From assembly GCA_000708835.1 (NCBI GenBank), contig DF237329.1:26571-90570 (forward strand): DNA of 64,000 bases, in the 5' to 3' direction. The stretch's first letter is position 1. Each line of letters starts with the position of its first letter. This stretch comes from Klebsormidium nitens (taxonomy: Eukaryota; Plantae; Klebsormidiophyceae). The translations under genes and the position numbers were made by a program. The notes under the pieces are model-generated. The model saw nothing but the letters and a program-made list of their open reading frames with translations. It was not told where the DNA came from and made no database searches. Shown here one piece after another: positions 39,801-51,561 of this stretch.

Positions 39801-41678
39801 GACGCGGAGCCCGACCTGGGCGGCCGCGTGAGAGGGGCGATCCAGTCGTACGCGCGCAAAGAGTGGGACCTTGAGGTCGTGTCCATCGGCCGTCACGCGT
39901 TCGTGCGCTTCCCGGACGTGGCGGCCGCAGACGAGTTCTTCGATCGGCCCCAGGAGAAGCAGTGAGACGCGGATTTGTTCGTGTGCCGGCACCGCGCGTT
40001 CCTTCCGGCCCCGGCTTTTCTCCTCGTCCCCCTGCCGTCGTCTCCATTTGAGTCCAGCGACGCCCAAAACGCCGAACCTGTGAAACCCCAGGCATCAGAG
40101 CCCCAGGAACTTGAAGTTCAGGAGCCGAAACTCACGGAGCAGAAACGGGCCGCAACGCGAGCGGTCTCTGAGGCGCTTCCCATCAGATTGACTGGCGCGA
40201 AGCCGCCCGCGGCCAAACCCTTAAACCCTCCGCACCGCGAAGCGACTGGAGCTGCCGATGCTGCGGACGTCTGGAGCCACGACATGTACGAGGCGGTGTA
40301 CGCGGACGGCGGTGACCAAGACGGGCAGAAGCGCGCGCGAGCGCGCGAGAAGGGGGAGCAGACAAGCGAGGGGGCCGGAAAAGAGGAGAGTTTATATGAG
40401 GGCGACGAGATGGTCAAGAAGGAGGGGTGGGGTCTTTACCCGGGAAAAGAAGAGAAGAGAGCCAGAGAAGAGAGCGTTGAGGCGGCTTGGCCGGAGTCAA
40501 GATCCAGCGAGGTTGCGACGGGCTGGGACGGCGTCAGCAAGGGCGCAGATGACGTCAGCGGGCGCGCGGCGGGCAAGGACCGCAAGAAAGAGGCGACCGG
40601 CGCGGTTGGATGGAAGAAGCCGGTCGACCGCTGGACGAATCCGTTCGCGCAGCTGGTGGGATTTGAGGAGGAGATCGTTCCGCCCAGTTCGATTCATGAG
40701 GAGACCGTGAGAGTCCGGGGTGGGAAGACTCAGAAAGACGGCTCGGATAGTGCAAATGGGAAGGGCAGACGTTGCGAACGGAACACCGTAACGAGTGTAG
40801 ATGAAGCCGAACGGAACGATGAGATCGGTGGCGAAAAGCACGGGGGCGAGGAGGGAGAGTCTTTTGGGGTCGCCTCAAAGAGCGGAAGCGGAAAAGGGGG
40901 GGAAGAGGAGGTTGAAAGCGCCGACGACTTGAAGTGGATCACGGAAACTGGCTGGGAAAGTGTGGAGCACCCAGGGAATTCAACCGAGAAATCCGGACCA
41001 GCACCCTTTGCAAAAGCAGCGGAATCAGGCGAGCTGTACGGCGAAGAGCTGGGCGACGAAGACGATGCGGAGCTGTTTGAGGATGTGCCGGCGGGCTTCG
41101 AAGCGGAACCGGAGCGGACCGGAACGCCGGAGTGGAGCGAGGAGCCCGGTGAAGAGGTGACCGTAGACGCCAACTCGTTGATCGGGGTCGGGTCTTTCTT
41201 TGGGGTCACCGGGTCGCAAGATTCTCAAGCCGTCCGTACGGAGGTTGCGGTTTCACCCAAGGGGGCCGCGCAACCGGTTGCTCCTACCGGGCAGATCAGC
41301 AGCGGTTTGGGTGCAGCGCGCGGGTCGGGGGACGACAAGGGGCTCAGGCAGAAGGGGAACGATCCGCCGTCGGAGTTTGAGCTTTCTTTGAAGTACGTGG
41401 ATCGAGCAGTGACCTCAAAGCAGGAACAGCTCAGCACAGAGGATCTGCAAGATGCAACTAGAGATGAACCGGCGGGTGGTGAAGCAAAGCCGGAAGCTGG
41501 AACAGAGAAGGAAGCGGAGCGGAACAAAAAAATTGACTTTGAGGCGGTGCGTGACGAAGAAGAGAGCCTGGGAGCGGATGAGACGAAGGAGAAGCTTGAG
41601 AGTAGCGAAGGTGAGCTCCGTTCTCGGTTTGGTGGTCCAGCGGCCCCGTCTTTGTCGCTTGAAAGTCGCAGTCCTTAA
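33811..41678 (+). CDS. Large coiled-coil plus RRM-like repeat protein, interrupted by an in-frame TGA at 39963; true start uncertain
   Basis: Phase-compatible GT-AG joins: 33811-34539, 35508-36320, 36740(or 36749)-38661, 39170-41678. Three copies of a unit with RNP2/RNP1-like motifs (FIYGVS/FAFCDF, VWVGDLP/FGFVEM, IFVKDIP/IAYVEV) plus a KHAYVxFxS..xDEFF half. Acidic low-complexity C-terminus. Confidence 0.6.
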
Positions 41679-43716
41679 AAGAGGCTCAAGTGCCTGTGAA
41701 GTACACACAGACCTCTGATGTATGTTACTGCAGAAGCACTCCGCACGTCTGGGCTCTCCGTTCGCCGGCTTTCGACCCTTACAAGCCTCCAAACAGAGAA
41801 GTGGCTAAAGAGAGAAAGATATGTGAGTCAGTAGTCCTCGACTGTATAGCAGACTCCGGGTCACCTCAGAGGAATTGCACTTTCTAAAACGTGAAAGGAG
41901 GCTTTCTACGGCAACATCCGGCGGCGTAAGCTGGCTTCTTAATTCCGTAAGGCATCTTAAGGTTTGACTGTTGAGAAGGCCGTCTCCATGATACTCGAGC
42001 TGCCATTTCTTCTCGCAGGCTTGGGTTCGTTGTCGTGACCATCAACGGACCTCCGAAGAGACAACATGGCGGGCTTTGTTGCGGTTGTGATACGTTGGCT
42101 GCATTTTTCGTGTCGTTATGTACCTCTTGAGAGTACTCGATATAGGAAAGTGGAATCAAAATGCGGTCAACTTTGATGAAGCATTCATACTCGACAGGAG
42201 CGCTGGAACTTTTGGGCCGGTTCTGAAAGCTTGTAACTATCTGATGAGGCTTCAGATGCAGCGCGACACTTCTCATATACTTCAATCCATGAGTGCCTTG
42301 ATTGTTTACGCACTATATCTCGAAGCCACAAACCAGAAACGCCTCGAGGCGTTTCCCCGAACTCTTATGAGAAATGATTCGACTTCTGCAGCTCCGAGCA
42401 GATTGATTCCCCGTTTGCCGGGGACCAAATACCACTAATTAACACTCTTTTGAGTCAGTTGAGCTCCAGTCTGCATACCCAGCCTGGCCCCCCGCTCGTT
42501 TATTGCACACTGTCATGCCTGGAATTGAACTAGCTGAACATAGAGCGGCGGATCTAACAAATAACTCCAGCTCGAAGCTTGTTCAATTGATGCAGTGCCC
42601 AAGAATGACACCCTCGAGTCACAATAGTCCAGCAGGGTCCAGCGCAGCATTTGGTGTTCTCAAAATCACACCAAATGCTTTGGGCGGGTACGGCCGGCCG
42701 TCAAGAGCTGTGAATACTCATAGGTGCACTAGCATACGCGTCCGTCGCCTTCTGTTGCTGCGGACTGTCTACACTTTCCAAGACTCCAATAGCATACATG
42801 TAGCGAAATTTTTGGGGCACGTTGCTGCCGGATGCAGAAAGAGATCTGTTCCCGATGCGCGGAAAGTGCAAAGAGTGCCATTGCAGTTTCTTATATTCAG
42901 CTCTGCAGACATGTAGTGGGAGAACCTTGGGCTTGCTCTGGCAGACGAGGCTAGTCCAAAGGACCAGCTATATTGCTCCAGCCTTGAGCAAATTACTGTA
43001 AGTTTGATCTTCAGTGTCGCAAAATGTAATCCGCGAAGCCATCGAACATACTGATAATTTTGTTGGCTTTAACCTTGCAGTGACACCGTACAGGCTTTGC
43101 AGCTGCTGTTGCAACCCATTCTGCGTGTCACATGCCTGATCTTACGCAAACCTCCGTCTGCGGTAGCTCTGCTGGGCAAAGCTTGTGGGAGTCGCATAAC
43201 ACTTTTCTAGGGACTTAGCCATTGAAAGTAGAGCTTAGGTTTGCAATTCAGATAAAAAGCAGTAGGAAAGGACTCAAAACTAATTACAGTGTAGTCAGTT
43301 AGGACCTTTCATTGATCTGGACGTCATCTCAAGCTAGCATTGCAGCTGCATGATTCTGTGTACCTGAGCGTCCATTTCTGCTTTCTGGCATGCACTGAAT
43401 CATTCATGATTCTCATAGTATGATCACCATGCCCGATATCTAAGAGCTAATCTATGAAGCATGGAAGACGGAACAAGTATCTGACTTGTTCTTCAGATAG
43501 AATCGTTCTTGCTATCTTGTAAACTGCAAGTGGTGAGGATGCTTCCGGCTCTGCCATTCGTATAATCGAGATCGAAGCGGTGATCACCGCGGACCGGAAG
43601 AGCGCTCGATCAGAGCCTATGAAATTGTAGTCGGTGAGTGTGAAAGGGCTCGGGAACACCAGGTCATAGCGTATACGGAAACAGGTGAACAATGAGACTG
43701 ACTACCCGGAGCAAAC

Positions 43717-44650
43717 NNNNNNNNNNNNNNNNNNNNNNNNNNNNNNNNNNNNNNNNNNNNNNNNNNNNNNNNNNNNNNNNNNNNNNNNNNNNNNNNNNNN
43801 NNNNNNNNNNNNNNNNNNNNNNNNNNNNNNNNNNNNNNNNNNNNNNNNNNNNNNNNNNNNNNNNNNNNNNNNNNNNNNNNNNNNNNNNNNNNNNNNNNNN
43901 NNNNNNNNNNNNNNNNNNNNNNNNNNNNNNNNNNNNNNNNNNNNNNNNNNNNNNNNNNNNNNNNNNNNNNNNNNNNNNNNNNNNNNNNNNNNNNNNNNNN
44001 NNNNNNNNNNNNNNNNNNNNNNNNNNNNNNNNNNNNNNNNNNNNNNNNNNNNNNNNNNNNNNNNNNNNNNNNNNNNNNNNNNNNNNNNNNNNNNNNNNNN
44101 NNNNNNNNNNNNNNNNNNNNNNNNNNNNNNNNNNNNNNNNNNNNNNNNNNNNNNNNNNNNNNNNNNNNNNNNNNNNNNNNNNNNNNNNNNNNNNNNNNNN
44201 NNNNNNNNNNNNNNNNNNNNNNNNNNNNNNNNNNNNNNNNNNNNNNNNNNNNNNNNNNNNNNNNNNNNNNNNNNNNNNNNNNNNNNNNNNNNNNNNNNNN
44301 NNNNNNNNNNNNNNNNNNNNNNNNNNNNNNNNNNNNNNNNNNNNNNNNNNNNNNNNNNNNNNNNNNNNNNNNNNNNNNNNNNNNNNNNNNNNNNNNNNNN
44401 NNNNNNNNNNNNNNNNNNNNNNNNNNNNNNNNNNNNNNNNNNNNNNNNNNNNNNNNNNNNNNNNNNNNNNNNNNNNNNNNNNNNNNNNNNNNNNNNNNNN
44501 NNNNNNNNNNNNNNNNNNNNNNNNNNNNNNNNNNNNNNNNNNNNNNNNNNNNNNNNNNNNNNNNNNNNNNNNNNNNNNNNNNNNNNNNNNNNNNNNNNNN
44601 NNNNNNNNNNNNNNNNNNNNNNNNNNNNNNNNNNNNNNNNNNNNNNNNNN
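43717..44650. other. Assembly gap (run of N)
   Basis: 934 N bases. Confidence 1.
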
Positions 44651-45693
44651 ACCTATACAGTATCATAATATATAATCATATATAATCATGTTGACGTACC
44701 GCACTGATCGACACTGATTGTGCATTGGGGCCCATTATGCATTCATGCTCACAATCTTTTCAGCATGCATGTGTGACCCCTTATTCACATCCTTCTTTTG
44801 ATGTCTACATTATTGTCATAGTGGACATGCCTCATGTTTTCAAGGTTACTGCTGAAGCTTCCGGTCAGCACTGGATACGCCTGGCAGGCGTACAACAAGT
44901 TATGCCGGCTATATGCGGTTAGTAACATAGCTCGGGTTACCTTGCTTTCGCAGCTATAACGCGCATATGGCAGTTCTGCCTTAACCCTCGAGTTATATCA
45001 GTCAGGATATCCCTATGACTGACTACATGATCGGATGGAAGGAGGATGGTATTGACAGGCGCGCGAATTGGATTCGATCAGCTAGGAGAGTACGTTTACA
45101 CTTGAGCACCGCCGCCAAGCTTGCGCGCATTAAAACGGCACGTGATCGACCATCATGTCTTGCATGCATTTCAGAATTGATCCTCATACATATGTGGAAC
45201 TTATCAGAAGTCATGCACTCAGTGCCGCCATGCACGCGCGGCAGGTATCAGTTTCGAAATTCCAATAAACTCTTGCAGCTCCCGGGTCAGCAGACAAACT
45301 TTGAAATTTGAGTTTGCACGGTCACCGTAACTGCCATCTTTGAAACCGTGCAGCTGGTGAGACTAATAAACTTGATAGATATAATTTTATATAATCCTGC
45401 CATGCCCAAACTCTGGTGGAAATACGAGGGCTTGTTTCCGACGAGATTAAGCTGCACCTGATGTTCCTACAAGACCTGGATACACATCTTGAATCAAAAG
45501 AGAGCTTAAACCACGTACCTGAATGCCAATGACTCAAAAGTACCTTGCATCAACTAAGAAATGAAACCTTCGCAAGCTTAAATGTCACACTCTCTAAAGG
45601 AGCTTTTGCAAGCGTCCTAGGAAGTCGTATTTACCACATTGACATGAGGCCAGGCCTTGCTTGTAGGGTTCTCAGAACCACAACTATTTCAAC

Positions 45694-48600
45694 TTAGTTC
45701 TTCTCAAGCTCTTCGTCTAGCGGCTTCTCTGCTTGGACCTCGCTGACGTGCTTGCCCTTCAAAAACGCGATGCAAAACTCTTGGATCGCCTTCGTATCGG
45801 CGGTCGTCTCGTATGCGGACTCCAGGGCAGCGTCTGCTTCCTCGTCCTGCAGAGCCCACAAGAGATAGCTTCAACCGAAGTGCCAAAGCAGGTGCGAAGC
45901 GGGATGCGGACGCGGAACGCAGTTTGACAAAAAATTACCGGGTCCTTTTCTAAGGATAGGGTGACAATATGGATTTGAAATTAAGCCCCGACCAATATCA
46001 GACTGCAGAGCTTCGCTTGGAGCACGCTGCTAACACGCAAAGCGCCGAGCCTCTCGACCCGCTATTTTCGCTTCAAGGGCACCAGCAGAATCTGTAAGGA
46101 ATATGGAGCGCTGTAACGCCCATCTTACCACTTTGAATTGTGAGACCCGACTCGGACTTGACAACCACTCTTTTCCATGCTCGTGCGCGTTTGTTTTCTC
46201 CAACAGATACTCTCCCTGCGTGCTGGTCCCCAATCGACATACTCACATCATGCTGCCCCCCGTTCCCATTCACACTCACATGACGTGCTGGCACAAGCCT
46301 AGGACGATCACGGACAGCCCGCCAGCTGACTTGTAACCGCTGCCTCGCTGTGATCCTGCACCCCGAAACCCTAAAAAGCTTACACCCTAATATCATGAAA
46401 TCAAGGAGAAACAGGTTCCACCCTACCGTGAGCACTCCCTTCGCCCGCCGGTCCTCGATGAGGTCCGTGAGCACGTCCAGATTGAACTCAGGGTGGCCTT
46501 GGAAGCCCAGCGCCACGTCACCCACTGCGAAAATCTCAATCGGGGTCCGCTCCGATGCGCCGAGGAGCTCCCCGCCGGGGGGGATGGCGGACGCCTGAAT
46601 GAACAAGCCCGTCTGTTTAGAGAACGGTTCCAGCGTACAGCATAAGGTTGCCGAATTGAAAAAGGGGCGAAGCGAACCAGCTTGCGACTGAAGCCAAGAG
46701 AGAAATATGATTGAGGGTGTTCTCCAACGAGCTGATGACTTTTCGCCCGGGATTCATCCCCGTCCTTCTTAAAAATCTCCTACTTCCTGCTGCTTTGCTG
46801 TTTTTATTTATTATCTAATTTGTCGATGCGCAGCAAGTCATGAAGAGCAGCAGACCTGCAGCAGAGTGCGACCTCTAATAAACCAGGACGAGTACAATAA
46901 CCGCACAGGATAACCGCCGTGGCCTATGACGGATGCCTGTGATAAGGATCCCGTCTTTTTTTGTAACCTGTACTCTGAGTTCAGTCTACTGGTCTGGCCG
47001 ACATGCTTCTAAGCGAAGTCCGGGGTCAGCTTAAGAAGCTTGCCAAAGTTTGCAAACCAACAAGCGACGAAGACAAAAGCGGAGAACAAAGAAAGCGACA
47101 AGAAACGACGGAGGATCTAACCTGGTCCTGATGCGACTCGTACACGCGGACTGTGGCGGGGAGGCCTGCACCGTACGGTTTGGCCCGGAGCTTCTCGTCC
47201 ACCTTGACTTCTCGCAGGCCCATCTGCCAAGGACGGAATGTGTTGGAGAACCGTTTAATTTCTTATGTCATGTTTCCCGCATTTATGTGCTTCACGGGTC
47301 AGTCATTTCAAAATATCAAAGACGTCTCTGTGTTGTGACGCAATCTTGTCCAGTCTGTTTTTTTCTGCAGACAGGCGGGCGTCCTCTAAGTGGCCATGGA
47401 CACTTGATCGAAGTCACACGGCAATCGCGGATGTCAAAGATCTGACGGTCGAGATTTTGGACGGCGATTTGGAAGAGGGTCTCCGTATCATAAAATAAAA
47501 AGGCTGCGCATATCCTACGCCCACTTGGGCATACCCTGAAACGCTGTCAATATGCGCGGGCCGCATACCTCAGTGAGAGGATCATCGAGACGTTCAAGGC
47601 AAGGAAGAGCCTTTTTCAGTTCACTGTCATGACGATGCAGTCGAAATGGGCGTCAGAAGCTGACGAACGTCACCGACAGCATCAAGTACTCTGATAAAAG
47701 GCAAACCTCGGTGGCAACCTGATCAAAGCTTCTGTATCGAGTGATTCCTTCCGCTGATGCATGCACTACGCCTATGTCCAAAGCAGTTGCAGGGGAAATG
47801 GCTGGTATTTGCGCTCCTCACCTCCCAACCCGCAGTCGACCGGCCCGTCGTTCCCCCTAGAGCACGGCAGAGGACCTGCAGCCAACCACCGCCGAACAAG
47901 CTATGTCAAGCGTTGAAGTCCTGAAGAAACATCTATGATCAGAGTTGCTTGCCATTTATTGCGGCGGTCCCCTGCCGACGGGTTGAATGTGCCTTTTCGT
48001 CTACAGGTTCGATGGCTGTGCAACATCGAAAGCTGGCGTTGAGGGGCCGCTCTTGTGAGACACAGGCTTTTCCAAAACAAGGATGCCAATCTCGTTGCTC
48101 GCTGAGGGTACCACCCGGGTTGGAAATTCTCGTGAGCCCTCCCTCCAACAAGAGGCTCAGCGCCTATAGAGGTTTCATATTAGTTCAAAAAATATGCCTT
48201 GCCGGGTGCCGATTCTTGCACCGCTTTACTCATTGCCATCATAGAACAGAGACGTTCGCTAGCCAATTTGAAGCACGCTTGCCAAACCTTTGCAAAAGGT
48301 TGGATCCCAGGCGGATTCGTCACCTGATGCCCAAAGCAGACGCCCAAAATCCGCTGCTTCTTTGCAAACGCCTCCTTGAGGACGTCGATCAGCTGCAGGA
48401 TCCACGGCTCGCCCGCTGCACCAAAGAAGCTTTGCTTCAGTTGAAGGACTCGCCATTTGACAAAGCAGCACTCAATATTGGAAGCCTGTCGGCAGATCTT
48501 TTGCAAGTAACAGGCCTCAATCGCTTTGCACGTCGCCGAAGGGTTTAGTGACATCGTAAGCGCAAATTGCAGTACTGGGTGATTGCTGCTCATTCACGGT

Positions 48601-50386
48601 GCCTCTTCACGAAAGAAAGGTGGAAAAGCTGTTTGTATCCAAGATCCGTGGCTTGTCAATTACAATGCTTCTTTTGCCAGGGAATGGGTGGAAAAGCTGT
48701 TCTGCGTCTGGGATTCGTGGCTTTCTAGAGTCAAGGCTCATAAGGATAGAAACACTAGAAGTACAAAAGGTGCATTGATGAGTATACTTGAGCTGCAGCT
48801 TTCGAATCTTTCTTTGTAAAGCCACGTGTTCAAGACAAGTGACATACAGAGGGAGTCCACAGATGAAACGAGAGCTCTGGGTTTGTACTCAAACTGCTCA
48901 GTTCTGCACTGCTGCCGTGCTTGAAGCTGCCATCAATAAGTCCAAGATCAAGAGAGCTCAGACGTCCTTACCATGTGCATCATGGCGACTTCCTGTGAGC
49001 ACGAAACCGTCAAACTGCACACAAGAGGCAAAGAAAGCTTTATTAAAGTTGATCAAATCACTTCCACTTGTTTACCATCTTTTTTGAAATCTTTCCAATC
49101 TTCTTTAGTCCCGTCTTCAGGTGTACCATTACGAAAATAGCACGTCCTCGTAGGTGTGCTATTCTTAAAGAGCATTTTGTAGCCACCGAGTGCCACAGCT
49201 CTAAACAATGTCTCAAGGGCAAGGTTATGCAATTGACTGGCTCGTCAAACATAGATATCAGTTCCAGAATGACATAGGCTTTCACTCCTCGGGCATGCCT
49301 TAATATGAGATTGTACACTGAAGTTCCTGCACTCAGGAAGAAGTGAACCTGTCTCTTGTGGGATTAGTATATCTACCCAGCCAGTTTCCAAAACCCCACA
49401 AGGCTTTTGCCGGCACCAACGCCGGAAGCTCTGATAGCTATGTAACGCATGCTAGTAAACCTGATCAGCAGTGCTTGAGAGCACACCAAGCTTCTTACCC
49501 ATGCACTTGATTAACTGAACAATTCCTTCTTGCTGTGATTTGAGCTTACCTTGGCCAGTTGCTCTGCTGTGGGGAATTTCCCCTCCAGTACCACAAACCT
49601 CTCCCACTCCTCCCCAGGCTCCCTCAAGAGCGTCTCCAAAAGCTGGCCGTAGCCTCCGTACTTTTCCTCGGTGTACGGACTCGCATGACCTGAAAGAGGA
49701 TGAAACTTGGGGTTGATCAAGTATTTTTATCTCCTGCTCAAAGTCTGGGTCAGTGACTGTCAACTGGATTACATCCAGATTTCGACAGCTTTTGCTTGTC
49801 AAGACTAGACGTCCTACATGTCAGCACAAGTTTCGAAATCTTGATCCTGCAAGCAAAGTCGCTGGTATACCTACGTACGATTAGCCCTCAGCAAAATCTG
49901 CATTCTTCTGTTCTCAATCTGATAGTTATCAATCAATGACCAGCTTGCCTGACTAAACTGAGGATCATACCAAGAACCTCTGGGGAATTTCTGTTGCACA
50001 GCAAAACTCATAAGTGGCCAAATGTCTCTTGTGTCGCTAACTGGACCGTTTAGAAGGCCAAATGCCACTAGCGATCTCTTCCATTGGTCCCTGACAATTG
50101 AAGAAGCGCGGTCTAAGGGTTTCTTTGCATTCGCTTGCGGACAACACATTTCAACAGAAGTTGATTTATGTCCTCTTGATAAAGCCCGCGCATTCCCCAA
50201 GGACAGGCAAATAAAGGTTGCAATCAAAAGTATCATGTTTCCATAGCAATATGGCGCGTCACCAGATTGAATCTATCTGCAGACAATCGACCGAGCCCCC
50301 TCACCTGTTATAAAGATTGCGTATCGGCCAGGCGCACTAGCTTGCCCAGTCGATCCCTGTCCCACTGCAGATGAAGTTTGCGCCAT
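45694..50386 (-). CDS. Class I glutamine amidotransferase (gamma-glutamyl peptidase GGP-like), 8 exons
   Basis: Exons 50386-50305, 49689-49550, 49014-48972, 48415-48324, 47875-47822, 47223-47122, 46594-46427, 45846-45694. Motifs: RYAIFITG, KYGGY, FDGFVLTGSRHDAH, catalytic GVCFGHQ and QGHPEF. Confidence 0.92.
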
Positions 50387-51561
50387 GGTTGATCTTGGAG
50401 GAGTCCCGTTCTTGATTCCACGTAACCAAATGCAGCTAAAAGCAGGTCTTGAGACAGGCGATTGCAGCTTGGATCCTGTCTCCCAAGCAAGAGTCGACCT
50501 GGCAGAGACTGGAATTCGTTTGCTGGCCTCACGATTTGGAAAGAGACGCTTGGAAGCAGACGTTGCAGAATTGTGGAAAGTTACAGGATGCAGGCAGTCC
50601 AATCGAGGCGCTCGAAAAGCCCCTCTTATAGGAGCCTGAACAGGAATCTTCCTCACAATCGACTGCTGGCCTACTCGAGAAAAGTTCCCTGTGTGCAGAA
50701 AACAATGAGCTTGCCCTGGCTTGATATGGAAGAAGCTGAGGTGAGCTGGGGCGATTGGCAGACGGGTGAATTGCCTGATTCTGGACACAGCCATCCCCCG
50801 AAAGAAGTGCCAGCTGGATCGACGCCTGCAGCCTCGCAATCCCCTGATTTTGTGAAGGTCGCCAGCTAGCAGAGGAGGTAGCCAGCTGGAGACAGCATAA
50901 TTTCCAGTTGTGATTTTCGATCATTCAAACATCTCATCACTGACACTTTCATAGATTTAATGTCGCATTGTGCCCTCCGTTATACACATAGTGTCAAAGA
51001 AAGCTGATGCAACATTATTGGGAAAAACTGGGGTAGGTAACCTCGAGAGCTGGGATCCATTGTCATTGGTCCAACCAGTCTCTTGGCGGCTTTTATGCAA
51101 ACCCTATCTTTTGCTTCTTCCTACGCCACCTCTTTCTAACTAGAGTATATGTGAAAGCTGACGTTTCTGGGGCCCCAGCCGCAAACGGTTGCTGACGTCT
51201 TACCATTACCGGAGTCTGCGCGGCCACGACCGCGCAAATGATAACCGCGGCCCGGGCCGCGCTATGGCAGCCCGGTACGTTGAACCGGGCCGTTCTGCCT
51301 TCCGAAAACGACTTTCAACCGACTACCTATGTGGCATGTGCCTGAGAATCGGATGATCTGGCGGCTTGGAAAACTTGAGCAATGAGTTCGAATTGGAAAC
51401 TTTTTGAACGGTCTTCGCATGCAGAGCTCAGCATTGCATGATGGTGACCACCCTGTAGGACTGCGCTGCCAGCAGATCCCATCTTTCTTGGTCTCACAAG
51501 GAGCATCAGCAAGAGAGGTTCTGGAAAGCGCTTTCAGGGTCGTTGGAGGGCGCTTGATAGG

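Larger units (their letters stand above)
25700..41680. repeat. Tandem segmental duplication: block A about 25700-30340, block B about 31300-41680
   Basis: Paralogous MYND genes. Shared intergenic segments, e.g. AAGCTTGTGCTCAC and TCAGCGCTCTGCTC at about 27920-28020 vs 32955-33050, and GAAATGGC..GCTCC..TTGAA at about 28250 vs 33275. 28660-30340 matches 39780-41395. Confidence 0.85.

Noticed and set aside
7212-39965. Internal in-frame stops (TAA 7212, TGA 39963) as a sign of a variant genetic code
   Set aside because: Conserved genes end normally in TAA (GATase), TAG (RPL7, FCA-like) and TGA (GH51, enolase, ZUP1-like) and contain no internal stops.
41884-43692. Several 80-140 aa ORFs on both strands next to the assembly gap
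   Set aside because: No recognisable motifs or consistent exon chain. May be a gene or TE remnant truncated by the gap.
51246-51261. 16-bp perfect palindrome CGCGGCCCGGGCCGCG in the GATase/ZUP1 divergent promoter; similar GC-rich palindromic clusters at about 6310-6375 and 9535-9560
   Set aside because: Expected in CG-rich promoter tracts. No specific function can be supported.
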